From Pristiophorus japonicus (Eukaryota), in NCBI RefSeq assembly GCF_044704955.1, contig NC_091993.1, forward strand, positions 3,844,001 through 3,908,000: a stretch of DNA of 64,000 bases, read 5' to 3'. The notes under the pieces were generated by a model. The model was not told the DNA's origin. It did not search any database and saw only the letters and a program-made list of their open reading frames with translations. The position numbers and the translations under genes were made by a program. Of the stretch, positions 14,113-28,029 are shown in pieces; within the stretch, counting starts at the first letter, position 1; the number at the start of each line of letters is the position of its first letter.

Positions 14113-14666
14113 TATATGCTTACTGTCGTTTTATTGGTACTGTCGTTAATTCGGAACTGTCCATATATACTTAATGTCGCTATTTCTGTACTGTTATGTC
14201 GGTACTGTCATTATATCCTTACTATGATTATATCGGTACCATCGTTATAATCAGCACCGTTGTTATATCGATACTGTCGTTATATCGATACTGTCGTTAT
14301 ATCGACATTGTTGTTATATTGGTGCTGTCACTATATCGGTACCATCATATCAGTGCTTTCATTATATTAGTACTGTCGCAATATCCTTACTGTCGATATA
14401 TTGGTACTGTCGTTATATTGATACTGTTGTTCTATCTCTATTGTAATTATATCGGTAATGTCGTTACATTGGTACTTTCGTTATATCTCTACTGTTGTTA
14501 TATCCTTACTGCCATTATATCGGTACCATCGTTGTATTGGTACTGTCATTATATCCTTACTATTGTTATATCCTTACTGTTGCTATATCAATACTATTGC
14601 TATATTGGTACCGTCGTTATGTCAGTACTGTAGTTATATCGTTACTGTCTTTATATCAGTGCTGTC

Positions 14667-15332
14667 TGTTGTGGAGTATTTAAATATAACACTCGACACA
14701 AGCCTGTATATGGACAAAAGAGTTGTTTATTTTGCTCGTTCGATCAAGGGAGAAATGGCTTCTACACGAGTTCAGTAACTCGGTGACCGAAACCAGCCGT
14801 TCTCTTTGAACAATCATTGGGTTACTGTCTTTATACAGTCAAAATACATACAAAATCTTGAAGTTCTGTGCGGAAGCTTTCCATTTTATGTTTCCTTAAC
14901 ACGTCACAAATTCTTTGCCTATCTACTATGATTACATTGGTTAATACAATTATATTGACAGAAAACTTTGTTGCCTCCCCTGTGTACCCTTTATCTGATT
15001 AGTTACATGCTACATAATTTTCATGCCTGTGAACTCTTCCCCTCCTGGCCGATCTGCCCTCAACCATCTGAGATGTCCTCAATCACCCTTCGTTTCTCGT
15101 AATCGCTTACCATCACATGTGACCGAGCCTTGGAGTGTATTTTTCCCAACTGTCTGTTTTTTTCTGATAAGGTGATTTATCTTCCTGAGAGTTCTAGTTT
15201 ATGATTTTCCCTGTGTTCCGTAGCACATATCATTATTTTTTTTTCTTTCAGCCTTGCTTATGGTTTTAACTTTACTTAATTAGGTACCCTTTGATTAATT
15301 ACGTTCCCTCAGGTTATTTTTTTTCCTCTATA
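14667..15332 (-). mobile_element. probable solo LTR (~665 bp)
   Basis: AT-rich non-satellite insert starting TGTTG, flanked by CTGTC/CTATC (near-TSD); AATAAA (~14727) and TATAAA (~14831) on the minus strand. Confidence 0.55.
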
Positions 15333-17299
15333 CTATCGCTATATAGTTACTGTCGGTAATATAGTTACATCGGTACTGTCATTATATCGGTATGTTTGCA
15401 ATAATCGGTAGTGTCGCTATATCGCTACTGTCATTATATCGGCACTGTAATTATATACTTACTGTCATTCTTTACTTTCTGTCATTATATCAGTACTGTC
15501 ATTACATCGGTGCTATCGCTATATCGGTACTATAGTTATATCGATACTGCCGTTATATCGGTACTGTCGTTATATATTTTTGTCGTTATATACGTTCTAT
15601 CGTTATATCGGTACTGTCGTTATATTGGTACTCTCACTATATACTTACTATCGTTATGTCGCTACTGTCATTATATTCTTACTTTCGTTATATCAGTACT
15701 TTTGTTATATGGTACTGTTGCTATATTGATTGTGTCGTTATATCGGCTCTGTTGTTATATCGATACTGTCATTATATCGGAACCATGGATATATCAGTAC
15801 TTTCGTTATATCGCCACTGTCGATGTATTGTTACTTTCGTTATATCGGTACTGTTGCTAAATTGGTACTCTCGATATATCGGCAGTGTCCATATCGGCCC
15901 TGTCGTTATGTCGGTGCACTTGTTATAGGCTTCCTGTCATTATATCGATAATGTCGTGATATCGGTGCAATCGTTTTATCGGTACTGTCATTATATCGCT
16001 ACTGTCGTTATATCCTTACTGTCGTTATATCGGTACTGTCGCTATATCAGTACTGTAGTGATATCTGTACTGTCGTTATATACTTACTGTCGTTATATAT
16101 TTTCTGTCATTATATCGCTACTGCCTTTATATCGGTACAGTTGTTTCTCGATACTGTCATTATATCCTTACTATTGTTGTATCGGCACTGTAATTATATA
16201 CTTACTGTCGTTCTATACTTTATGTCATTATATCGGTACTGTAGTTATATCGGCACTGCCGTTATATCGGTACTGTCATTATATACTTTCTGTCATTATA
16301 TAGGTACTGTTGTTATATTGGTACTCGTTATATTCTTACTTTTGTTATATCAGTACTTTTGTTATATCGGTTACAGTTGCTATATCGATTCTGTCATTAT
16401 ATCGGTACCGTCGATATATCAGTACTCTCGATATATCGGCAATGTCCCTATCGGCCCTGACACTATGTCGGTACACTCGTTATATACTTACTCTCATTAT
16501 ACCCTTCCTGTCATTATATCGGTACTGTCGTTATATCGGTACTGCTGATATATTGGTACGTTTGTGAGATCGGTACTGTTGCAATATCGGTACTGTCATT
16601 ATATCGGTATTGTCGTTATATCGGTACTGTCGATATATCGGTACGTTTGTGAGATCGGTACTGTTGCAATATCGGTACTGTAATTATATCGGCACTGTTG
16701 TTATATCGGTACTCTCGTTATATCCTTCCTGTCATTATATCGATTCTGCGGTTATATCGGCTCTGTCGTTATATCCTTACTGTCGTTATCTCCTTACTGT
16801 CGCTATATCAGTTCTGTCGTTATATCGGAACTGTCGTTATATCGGTACTGTCGTTATATGCTTTCTGTCGTTATATGCTTTCTGTCACTGTATGCTTTCT
16901 GTCGTTATATCCTTACTGTCGTTATCTCCTTACTGTCGCTATATCGGTACTGTCGTTATATCGGTACTGTCGTTATATGCTTTCTGTCACTGTATGCTTT
17001 CTGTCGTTATATCGGCACTGTCGTTATATACTTACTATCGTTATATAATTTCAGTGGTTGTATCGTTACAGTCATTATATCGGTACTCTAGTTATATCGT
17101 TACTGTCATTATATTGTCACTGTTGTTATATACTTACTGTCATTATATACTTTCAGTGGTTATATCGGTTCTGTCGTTATAACGAGAATACCAAGATAGC
17201 AACAGTACCGATATAACGAAAATATTGATATAGCGGTACTGTCACTATAGCGGTACTTTCGTTATATCAGTCCTGTCGATATATCATTATTTTTGTTAT

Positions 17300-18400
17300 A
17301 TCGGTACTGTTGCTATCTCGGTACTCTCGTTATATCGATACTGTCGTTATATCCTTACTGTCGTTATATCGATACTGTCGTTATATCGGTACTGTCGTTA
17401 TATCGGTACTCTCGTTATATCCTTACTGTCGTTATATCGGTACTCTCGTTATATCGATACTGTCGTTATATCGGTACTGTCGTTATATGCTTTCTGTCGT
17501 TATATGCTTTCTGTCACTGTATGCTTTCTGTCGTTATATCCTTACTGTCGTTATCTCCTTACTGTCGCTATATCGATACTGTCGTTATATCGGTACTGTC
17601 GTTATATGCTTTCTGTCGTTATATGCTTTCTGTCACTGTATGCTTTCTGTCGTTATATCCTTACTGTCGTTATATCGGTACTGTCGTTATATCTGTACTG
17701 TCGTTATATCGGTACTGTCGTTATATCGGTACTCTCGTTATATCCTTACTGTCGTTATATCGGTACTCTCGTTATATCGATACTGTCATTATATCGGTAC
17801 TGTCGTTATATGCTTTCTGTCGTTATATGCTTTCTGTCGTTATATGCTTTCTGTCGTTATATGCTTTCTGTCACTGTATGCTTTCTGTCGTTATATCCTT
17901 ACTGTCGTTATCTCCTTACTGTCGCTATATCGATACTGTCGTTATATCGGTACTGTCGTTATATGCTTTCTGTCGTTATATGCTTTCTGTCACTGTATGC
18001 TTTCTGTTGTTATATCCTTACTGTCGTTATCTCCTTACTGTCGCTATATCGATACTGTCGTTATATCGGTACTGTCGTTATATGCTTTCTGTCGTTATAT
18101 GCTTTCTGTCACTGTATGCTTTCTGTCGTTATATCCTTACTGTCGTTATCTCCTTACTGTCGTTATATCGGTACTGTCGTTATATCTGTACTGTCGTTAT
18201 ATCGGTACTGTCGTCATATCTGTACTGTCGTTATATCTGTACTGTCGTTATATCGGTACTCTCGTTATATCGGTACTGTCGTTATATCGGTACTGTCGTT
18301 ATATCTGTACTGTCGTTATATCTGTACTGTCGTTATATCGGTACTGTCGTTATATCGGTACTGTCGTTATATTGGTACTCTCGTTACATACTTACTGTCG
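17300..18400 (+). repeat. homogenised satellite segment with 119-bp (7x17) higher-order repeat
   Basis: Variant CTGTCACTG recurs at 17511, 17630, 17868, 17987 and 18106 (spacings 119/238/119/119). Confidence 0.9.
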
Positions 18401-18487
18401 TTATGTACTTTGTGTCGTTCTATCGGTACTGTCTTTATATCGATACTGTCATTTCTCGGTACTGTCCTTATATCCTTACTGTTGTTG

Positions 18488-19130
18488 TGGGACATTGAGG
18501 GCCACCTCGACCTGTGAGAACATCTCCGCAGGACGGAGCTATAAAAAGAGCTGGAGCAAGCCACTGCAGTTTCTAGCGCGAGCTGACACAAGTATGCAAC
18601 GGCTTCGAGATGGGCGACTGGGTAATGTCATCAGGACCGCCAGGTCGCCATTTGGAGCATGGGCAGGAGCATCGGTGGGGTCCTGGTATGGCAGATCGGG
18701 GCAGAAGAGTGATGAGGGATTATGGCTGAGATTTGGTGGGTGATTGTGACAGAGGTTCGGCAAATGTTTGGTGCGCAGGTGCAGTAGGAGATCGTGGCGC
18801 AGGTGCGGCGAATCAGTGTATAGGACCCAGAAGTGGCGAGAGCCTAGGGGGAGCACGGGCTAGCCCACACTGCGATATGTGTACGCACTAGGTCCGTGCA
18901 GCAGAGCAGGTCTCCAGTTGTCCTGGTTAACCCTTGCCACTGGATAAAGGCCTAGCTCTGTCAAGCCCATGTGGTGGCTGGTGTACAAGGTCACCACACG
19001 TTAAAAAAATCCAAGCACAGGCATCTTCCACCCCCTCAATTGGAGTTCAGGACTGAAACATCAAGTCCTTCATTGAAATCTCAGTGAACTCATGTGGAAG
19101 CAAATCATCCTCGTTCGAGATACCGCCTAT
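18488..19130 (+). mobile_element. short non-autonomous RTE derivative
   Basis: Homologous to 13375-14112; ends CATCCTCGTTCGAGATACCGCCTAT. Confidence 0.78.
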
Positions 19131-19640
19131 CAGTACTGTCGTTATGTCGGAACTCTCATTACATACTTACTGGCGTTATATCCTTCTTTCGTTATATCGA
19201 TACTGTTGTTATATCAGCATTGTTGTTATATCCTTACTGTCGTTATTTCGGTACTGTTGATATATCAGGACGTTTGTTATATCGATACTGTCGTTATAGT
19301 GATACTGTCGTTCTATACTTACTGTGGTCATATATTTTCTGTCATTATATCGGTACTGCCATTATATCGGTACTGTCTTTATATCAATACTGTCGTTTCT
19401 CGGTACTGTCGTTATATTCTTACTTTCATTATATTGGTACATTCGTTATATCTGTACTTTCGCTACATCGATACTTTCGTTATATCGGCACTGTTGCTTT
19501 ATTGGTAAAGTCATTTTATACTTACTATCGTTATATACTTTTCGTGGTTATATTGGTACTGTTGTTATATCCCTACTGTTGTTATATTGGTACTGTAATT
19601 ATATCGTTACTGTCATTATTTCCTAACTGTCACTATATCA

Positions 19641-19885
19641 TACTCCCAGGAGATCACATGGTTCCAGTTGGGGTGGAGTGTAGAATGTTTCAGTGTAAGG
19701 GATTTTGCAGTTGCGTGAGGCGGACTGGTTGGGCTGGGTGCTTTTTACCTTTCCGCCATTGTTCATAGGTTTATATGTAACCTTCAGGGCTGCTGACCGA
19801 GGGCCATGCAGCTCTTTGTCGGCCGGCATGGACACGATGAGCCGAAATGGCGGCCTCCTGTGCTGTACATTTCTATGTTTCTCTA
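19641..19885 (+). mobile_element. short retroelement fragment with CR1-like 3' tail
   Basis: Non-satellite insert ending GCCGAAATGGCGGCCTCCTGTGCTGTACATTTCTATGTTTCT, which resembles the CR1 3' ends in this window. Confidence 0.5.
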
Positions 19886-20735
19886 TATCGGTATTGTATC
19901 GGCACTGTTGTGATGTCGGTATTTTCATTATATATTTACTGTCATTATATCGGTGCTGTTGTTATATACTTAATCTTGCTATATACTTTCTGTCATTATT
20001 TCGGTACTGTTGTTATATACTTACTGTCATTATATACTTTCTGTCCTTATATCGATTCTGTCGTTATATCAGCACTGTCGTTATATCGGTAATGTCATTA
20101 TATACTTTAGTCGTTATATCGATGCTGTCGTTATATCAGTACTCTCGATATATCGGCAATGTCCTTATCGGCCCTGTCGTTATGTCGGTACACTCGTTAT
20201 ATACTTACTGTCGTTATATACTTTTAGTCGCTATATCGGTACTGTAGTTATATCGGTACTGTCATTATATCGATACTGTCGTTTCGTGGTACTGACATTA
20301 TATATTTACTATCATTATATACTTTCAGTGATTATATTGGTAATGTCGTTATATCAGTAGTGTCGTTATATCGGTACAGTTTTTATATCGGTACTGTCAT
20401 TCTATCCCTACTGTCATTATACTAGTACTGTAATTATATCATTACTGTCATTATATCCGAACTGTCGCTATATCGTACTGTTGTTATATCGGTATTGTCG
20501 TTGTATCGGTACTGTCGTTATGTCAGTATTCTCGTTATATACTTACTGTCGCTATATCCTTGCTGTCGTTATATCGATACTGTCATTATTTCGACACTGT
20601 TGTTATATCCTTACTGTCATTATATTGGTACTGTCGATATAGCGGTACCTTCGTTATATACTTACTGTCGCTATATACTTACTGTCGTTATATACTTTCT
20701 GTCATTACATCAGTACTGTCATTATATCGGTACTG

Positions 20736-21507
20736 GCAAAATCAAAGAGCAAGTTAGTATTTAGATGGAGAAAGATTGCAAAGTGCCGCAGTACAGCGGG
20801 ACCTGGGGGTACTTGTGCATGAAACAGAAACGGTTAGTATGCAGCTACAGCAAGTGATCAGGAAGGCCAATGGTATCTTGGCTTTTATTGCAAAGGGGAT
20901 GGAGTATAAAAGCAGGGAAGTCTTGCTACAGCTATACAGGGTATTGGTAAGGCCACACCTGGAGTAATGCATCCAGTTTTGGTTTCTATATACTTGCTTT
21001 GGAGGCAGTTCAGAGAAGGTTCACTAGGTTGATTCCAGGGATGAGGGGGCTGACTTATGAGGAAAGATTGAGTAGGTTGGGCCTCTAATCATTGGAATTC
21101 AGAAGAATGAGAGATGATCTTATCGAAACGTATAAGATTATGAGGGGGCTTGACAAGGTGGATGCAGAGAGGATGTTTCCACTGATGGGGGAGACTAGAA
21201 CTAGAGGGCAGAATCTTAGAATAAGGGGCCGCCCATTTAAAACTGAGATGAGTAGAAATTTCTTCTCTCAGAAGGTTGTAAATCTGTGGAATTCGCTGCC
21301 TCAGAGAGCTGTGGAAACTGGGACATTGAATAAATTTAAGACAGAAATAGAGAGTTTCTTAAACAATAAGGGGATAAGGGGTTATGGGGAGCAGGCAGGG
21401 AAGTGGAGCTGAGTCCATGATCAGATCAGCCATGATCATATTAAATGGCGGAGCAGGCTCAAGGGGTCGTATGGCCTACTCCTGTTCTTATTTCTTATGT
21501 TCTATGT
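20736..21507 (+). mobile_element. CR1 LINE 3' fragment
   Basis: QRDLGVLVH, KANGILAFI, LVRPHLE and NLWNSLP motifs; CR1 tail. Confidence 0.9.
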
Positions 21508-22146
21508 AGGCCTTCATTGCAAGAGGATTTGAGTACAGGAGCAAGGATGTCTTACTACAGTTATATAGGGCCTTGGTGAGACCGCATCTGGAGTATTGTG
21601 CGCAGTTTTGGTCTCCTTATCTAAGAAAGGATATACTTGCCATAGAGGGAGTGCAGCGAAGGTTCACTAGACTGATTCCTGCGATGGTAGGACTGTTGTA
21701 TAAGGACAGATTGGATTGATTCGGCCTGTATTCACTAGTTTAGAAGAATGAGAGGGGATCTCATTGAAAGGTATAAAATTCTGACTGGATTGTATAGACT
21801 GAATGCGAGGAGGATGTTTACCCTGGCTGGGAGGTCTAGAACAAGGGGTCACAGTCTCAGGATACAGGGTAGGAAATTTAGGACCGAGATGAGGAGAATT
21901 TTTTTTCACTCAGAGGGTGGTGAACCTGTGGAATTCTTTACCACAGAAGGCTGTGGAGGCTTAGTCACTGAATATATTTAAGAGGGAGATAGATAGATTT
22001 CTAGAAACAAAAGACATCAAAGGGTATGAGGAAAAAGCGGGAATATGGTGTTGAGATACAGGATCAGCCATGATCATATTGAATGGCGGTGCAGACTCGA
22101 AAGGCCGATTGGCCGACTACTGCTCCTATTTTCTATGTTTCTATGT
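21508..22146 (+). mobile_element. CR1 LINE 3' fragment (abuts the previous copy)
   Basis: RT C-terminal remnant (MRGDLIE..RTRGHSLRI) and TTTCTATG tail. Confidence 0.9.
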
Positions 22147-22737
22147 TATATCCTAACTGTCGTTATATCGGCACTATCGTTATATCCTTACTGTCAATAT
22201 GTCGGTACTGTCGCTATATCGGCACTGTCGTTACATCGGCACTGTCATTCTGCCGGTACTATCGTTATAATGGGCTCAAGTTTCGGCTTGAGTTGCTCCT
22301 ATTTTTTTGGAGCAACTCGTTTAGAATGGAGCATCTTAGAAATTGCAATTTTCGGCATTTAGTTTACTCCAGTTCTAGTGAGTTAGAATAGTTTCATAGT
22401 GGAACAGATTTTCTTTTTCAAAAGGGGACGTGTCCAGCCACTTACGCCTGTTTTGCAAGTTTAGGCAGCGAAAACTTACTCCAAACTAACTTAGAATGGA
22501 GTAAGTGTAGATTTTTGTACGCTCAGAAAAACCTTGCCGATACTTTATAGATTAGGCGCAGGGAACGAGAGAAAGCGGGGGCGGGGGAAGAGAAGTTATG
22601 GAATTTTACAAATGCAACAGCAGCAGCCTTCGAGCTGCGAAGATTTAGGCCGTTCGGCCAGGGGATAGGGGAGGCATACAAAGCACCGGGAGGGAGAGCC
22701 AGCCAGCAAGTTTAAAAGTTTAATTTGTACTTCAAGT

Positions 22738-23937
22738 ATGGGTGCTGCATTATCAACACCACGGATTATGCAATGGTTCTCCATCAATTCACTTCATAGG
22801 AGAGAATTGATTAGAGCTCACCGCACCAGGACCGTCATAGCCCGTAGGTAGATGGGCAGGAGACCTTACCCACATCGGCAATATCGAGCCAGGCACTCGT
22901 ACCTGGACATGAGCGAGGCTGATTGTGTCAAAAGGCTGAGTTTCCGCAGAGAAGATGTCGTTGAGATCTGTGATATGCTGAGAGCAGATTTGCAGCCCAG
23001 AAGCAGAACGGCAACTGTCTTGTCTGTTGAAGTGAAGGTAACAGCTGCACTTTCCTTCTATACCTCGGGATCGTTTCAAGCTACAACTGGAGATGTGCGT
23101 GCCATCTCTCAATGTGCAATTCATTCCTGCGTTTACCAGGTCACGGCTGCACTGTATGCGCAGAGGAATTACTTCATCAAGTTCCCAATGACCGGCCAAG
23201 CAATGCGTGACAGGACTCTGGGCTTCTCCAGGATTGCTGGCTTCCCAAAGGTACAGGGCTGCATTGATTGTACCCACATCGCCTTGCGAGCACCTGTGGA
23301 GGATTCCGAGCAGTACAGGAATAGAAAAGGTTTCCACTCCATCAATGTGCAGCTTGTGTGTGACGACAAGCAGCGCATCATGTCAGTCGAAGCGAGATAC
23401 CCTGGCAGCACCCATGATAACGCATCCTATGCGACAGCGTTATATCTGACATGTTTGAGCAGCAGCCAGAAGGGCAGAGCTGGCTACTGGGAGACAAAGG
23501 GTACGGCCTGACCACCTGGCTCATGATACCCCTACGCTGACCATCAATACAACATGTTGCACATTGCGACGCACAGCATCATAGAGAGGACCATTGGCAT
23601 CTTGAAACAGCATTTCCAATGCCTGGACCATGCTGGAGGCCACTTGCAATACTCTCCTAAGATTGTCGGTCAGTTCACTGTTGTGTGCTGCATGCTGCAT
23701 AACTTAGCCATCATGAGGCAGCAGGAGCTGGTAGTGGAACCAGAAGACCCACGTGAGGGTCCAGTGCCTGATGATAGTAATTTGGAAGAGCAGGATCAGG
23801 ATGATGACGATGATCAGGAAAGCATACAAGTGCCTGATGCCGGAGCACGAGGTCGGAGGAGGACGGTCTATCGTGCTCCTTTAACGATTGCTCGAGCCCT
23901 GTGCCAGCAACTCATCTGTGAACGCTTCAACTACTGA
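22738..23937 (+). pseudogene. Harbinger (HARBI1-like) DDE transposase, disrupted
   Basis: GFPKVQGCIDCTHI, RNRKGFHSINVQLVCD, YPGSTHD and IERTIGILK motifs; frameshifts and stops. Confidence 0.9.
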
Positions 23938-25900
23938 TGCCTGAGGGCTCTGCGACAACTGTTGCACCTGGGCATGTTTATTTTTTGGAGTTGTTCCTAT
24001 GTTGCGTTGTGTTAATGGAACATGATTCAGTTTTAATGAAAAAATATTTTACTGAAAAGTTAACGTTGGTGTAATAAAATATTTGTTGTATCAAATGTTA
24101 CTTTTTAATATGACTCTTTAAGATCACTTATAAACTTGTAAAGTTACAAAAGTTACAAAACAATTTCAAATGTGAAAAATCTTACACTCTTAAGATCACT
24201 TAAACTTCAAGATCACTCTTTGAGGTGCAAAATTAACTGTTACAAAATGTGAAAGCATTTGCACTATAACATCACTTAAAAACCCTAAGATCACTTATAA
24301 GTTGTAAAGTTACAAAACTTACAAAACAATTTCAATTTGAAAAACGTTACTACAGTTACATCAAGAACAAGAACAAAAACAGCAAAGAAAGGCTGCAACC
24401 ATCTCTCATCCATATCTCAGTGAATGTTCACTACTTCATGGGGGTGTCATTTGATTGGCGGGGCTGTGTGTCCTTATTGCAGCAGCTACCTCACCCAGGC
24501 CCTCCCTGACGGCCTGTGCCGACACTTGCACTCCCTCCGACATTCCTTCCCTCATTTCCCGTGTCATTACTGCAATTTCTCCCGTCAGTACCGTTACCTC
24601 TTCACCCACTGCACTGACGCTGCCCACGAGTGATCGGGTAAGCTCATTGCTCTCCACACCCAATGCCACAACCTGAGCCACATCTCAGGAGAGCGTGTCT
24701 CCAATCTCCTTCTCCTCTGCCTGGGTCTGCCTCGCGGCACCACTACACTGGGAGCCGCGGGCTGGGACGGTGGGGCAGTGGGTATAAACTGCTGCATTAC
24801 TTCAGCGGCACCACTGGGACCTGCAACGTCACAATCTGTGAAACCATGGAAGGTGGAACCAGAATCAATGCAAGGGTTTGAAACATTAAAGTCCGCTAAT
24901 GTGGGCTCATAAATATTAAGTTGGAAGGTCTCCCCTGAAGACATTTCAGTCAATGCCTGCAGCCACCCTTGGTCTGGATCGTCTGTATCTGGTTCTTCTG
25001 GTACTTCTTCTGGATCTTCAGGATTGGCATCATCACCTTCTGCAAAATACATCAGAACAGTCAAATGTTGAGCAGCAGAGGAGGGGGCCGGATGGGTGGC
25101 ATGAGTACTCTCACACATCGCAGGCTAGGCAGCAGGTTGATTTGAAGGGCCACGATGCATTTTCAGGACTTACCCTCTCCCTCGCGTGCGGGCCCAGCTT
25201 GTGCTGTACTGATTGCTTTTCTCCATGTACGACTCATCATAGCAGCTACCCTCTGTTCCAAGGGTGTCAGTGGATGCAGATTGGGCACGCCTCCTCCTGT
25301 CCGAGTTGCTTCCCTTTTGTTGTGGGCCAATTTCTTCTGCAAATATTAAAATATAACTTTTTACAGAGTGCGTCTTTCTGCAGGATGGGACATATACAAT
25401 CACATTTACAATTACGATTCCATTAAAAAATGAAAATATTACTTACACTAACTACTTGACCAAGGTCGTGCCATTTCTTTTTACGCTGGCTTCCAGATCT
25501 CGTGGTATGCACCACTGCGCCGTAATCTTCTGCAACTTGGCTCCAGCATTTTTTCCATTTCTTTGGGTGGCACTTTTATGCGACCTCTGTTGCTGGTATC
25601 CAGCTCCTACCATTTCTGCTGAATGACGTTAACTAATGTCTCAGGATTGCTCCCAGTGCCACGCGCTAGTCAGAGTAGGAATCGGAGAATAGCGCAGATG
25701 AATACGTGGCTTGAGCAGTGGTGCAGCAGGGATTGATTCAAATTCGTGGGGCATTGGAACCGGTTCTGGGGGAGCTTGGACCAGTACAAACCGGACGGTC
25801 TGCACCTGGGCAGGACCGGAACCAATGTCCTAGGGGGAGTGTTTGCTAGTGCTGTTGGGGAGGAGTTAAACTAATATGGCAGGGGGATGGGAACCAATGC

Positions 25901-28029
25901 ATAGAAACATAGAAACATAGAAAATAGGTGCAGGAGTAGGCCATTCAGCCCTTCTAGCCTGCACCGCCATTCAATGAGTTCATGGCTGAACATGAAACTT
26001 CAGTACCCCCTTCCTGCTTTCTCGCCATAACCCTTGATCCCCCGAGTAGTAAGGACTTCATCTAACTCCCTTTTGAATATATTTAGTGAATTGGCCTCAA
26101 CTACTTTCTGTGGTAGAGAATTCCACAGGTTCACCACTCTCTGGGTGAAGAAGTTTCTCCTCATCTCGGTCCTAAATGGCTTACCCCTTATCCTCAGACT
26201 GTGACCCCTGGTTCTGGACTTCCCCAACATTGGGAACATTCTTTCTGCATCTAACCTGTCTAAACCCGTCAGAATTTTAAACGTTTCTATGAGATCCCCT
26301 CTCATTCTTCTGAACTCCAGTGAATACAAGCCCAGTTGATCCAATCTTTCTTGATAGGTCAGTCCCGCCATCCCGGGAATCAGTCTGGTGAACCTTCGCT
26401 GCACTCCCTCAATAGCAAGAATGTCCTTCCTCAAGTTAGGAGACCAAAACTGTACACAATACTCCAGGTGTGGCCTCACCAAGGCCCTGTACAACTGTAT
26501 CAACACCTCCCTGCCCCTGTATTCAAATCCCCTCGCTATGAAGGCCAACATGCCATTTGCTTTCTTAACCGCCTGCTGTACCTGCATGCCAACCTTCAAT
26601 GACTGATGTACCATGACACCCAGGTCTCGTTGCACCTTCCCTTTTCCTAATCTGTCACCATTCAGATAATAGTCTGTCTCTCTGTTTTTACCACCAAAGT
26701 GGATAACCTCACATTTATCCACATTATACTTCATCTGCCATGCATTTGCCCACTCACCTAACCTATCCAAGTCACTCTGCAGCCTAATAGCATCCTCCTC
26801 GCAGCTCACACTGCCACCCAACTTAGTATCATCTGCAAATTTGGAGATACTGCATTTAATCCCCTCGTCTAAATCATTAATGTACAATGTAAACAGCTGG
26901 GGCCCCAGCACAGAACCTTGCGGCACTCCACTAGTCACTGCCTGCCATTCTGAAAAGTACCCGTTTACTCCTACTCTTTGCTTCCTGTCTGACAACCAGT
27001 TCTCAATCCACATCAGCACACTACCCCCAATCCCATGTGCTTTAACTTTGCACATTAATCTCTTGTGTGGGACCTTGTCGAAAGCCTTCTGAAAGTCCAA
27101 ATATACCACATCAACTGGTTCTCCTTTGTCCACTTTACTGGAAACATCCTCAAAAAATTCCAGAAGATTTGTCAAGCATGATTTCCCTTTCACAAATCCA
27201 TGCTGACTTGGACCTATCATGTCACCATTTTCCAGATGCACTGCTATGACATCCTTAATAATTGATTCCATCATTTTACCCACTACTGAGGTCAGGCTGA
27301 CCGGTCTATAATTCCCTGTTTTCTCTCTCCCTCCTTTTTTAAAAAGTGGGGTTACATTGGCTACCCTCCACTCCATAGGAACTGATCCAGAGTCAATGGA
27401 ATGTTGGAAAATGACTGTCAATGCATCCGCTATTTCCAAGGCCACCTCCTTAAGTACTCTAGGATGCAATCCATCAGGCCCTGGGGATTTATCGGCCTTC
27501 AATCCCATCAATTTCCCCAACACAATTTCCCGACTAATAAAGATTTCCCTCAGTTCCCCCTCCTTACTAGACCCTCTGACCCCTTTTATATCCGGAAGGT
27601 TGTTTGTATCCTCCTTAGTGAATACCGAACCAAAGTACTTGTTCAATTGGTCCGCCATTTCTTTGTTCCCCGTTATGACTTCCCCTGATTCTGACTGCAG
27701 TGGACCTACGTTTGTCTTCACCAACCTTTTTCTCTTTACATACCTATAGAAACTTTTGCAATCCGCCTTAATGTTCCCTGCAAGCTTCTTCTCGTACTCC
27801 ATTTTCCCTGTCCTAATCAAACCCTTTGTCCTCCTCTGCTGAGTTCTAAATTTCTCCCAGTCCCCAGGTTCGCTGCTATTTCTGGCCAATTTGTATGCCA
27901 CTTCCTTGGCTTTAATACTATCCCTGATTTCCCTAGATAGCCACGGTTGAGCCACCTTCCCCTTTTTATTTTTAAGCCAGACAGGAATGTACAATTGTTG
28001 TACTTCATCCATGCGGTCTCTAAATGTCT
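25901..28029 (-). mobile_element. young CR1 LINE, 5'-truncated, open RT frame (ORF 26000..28165, N-terminus from flank)
   Basis: About 670 aa of uninterrupted RT, almost identical to 50865..52781. Host sequence GGAACCAATGCA|GGGAGACA is split. Confidence 0.95.

Noticed and set aside
15411-18743. Long Tyr/Cys/Val-rich ORFs (up to 477 aa; YRYCRYIGTVVISVLSL) here and in other satellite blocks
   Set aside because: Translations of the 17-bp satellite, which is stop-poor on one strand; the same peptide appears in all three frames.
22738-23937. Domesticated HARBI1-type gene (likewise a TIGD-type gene at 43548-45179)
   Set aside because: Frameshifted and enclosed by TIRs, so these are transposon remnants.
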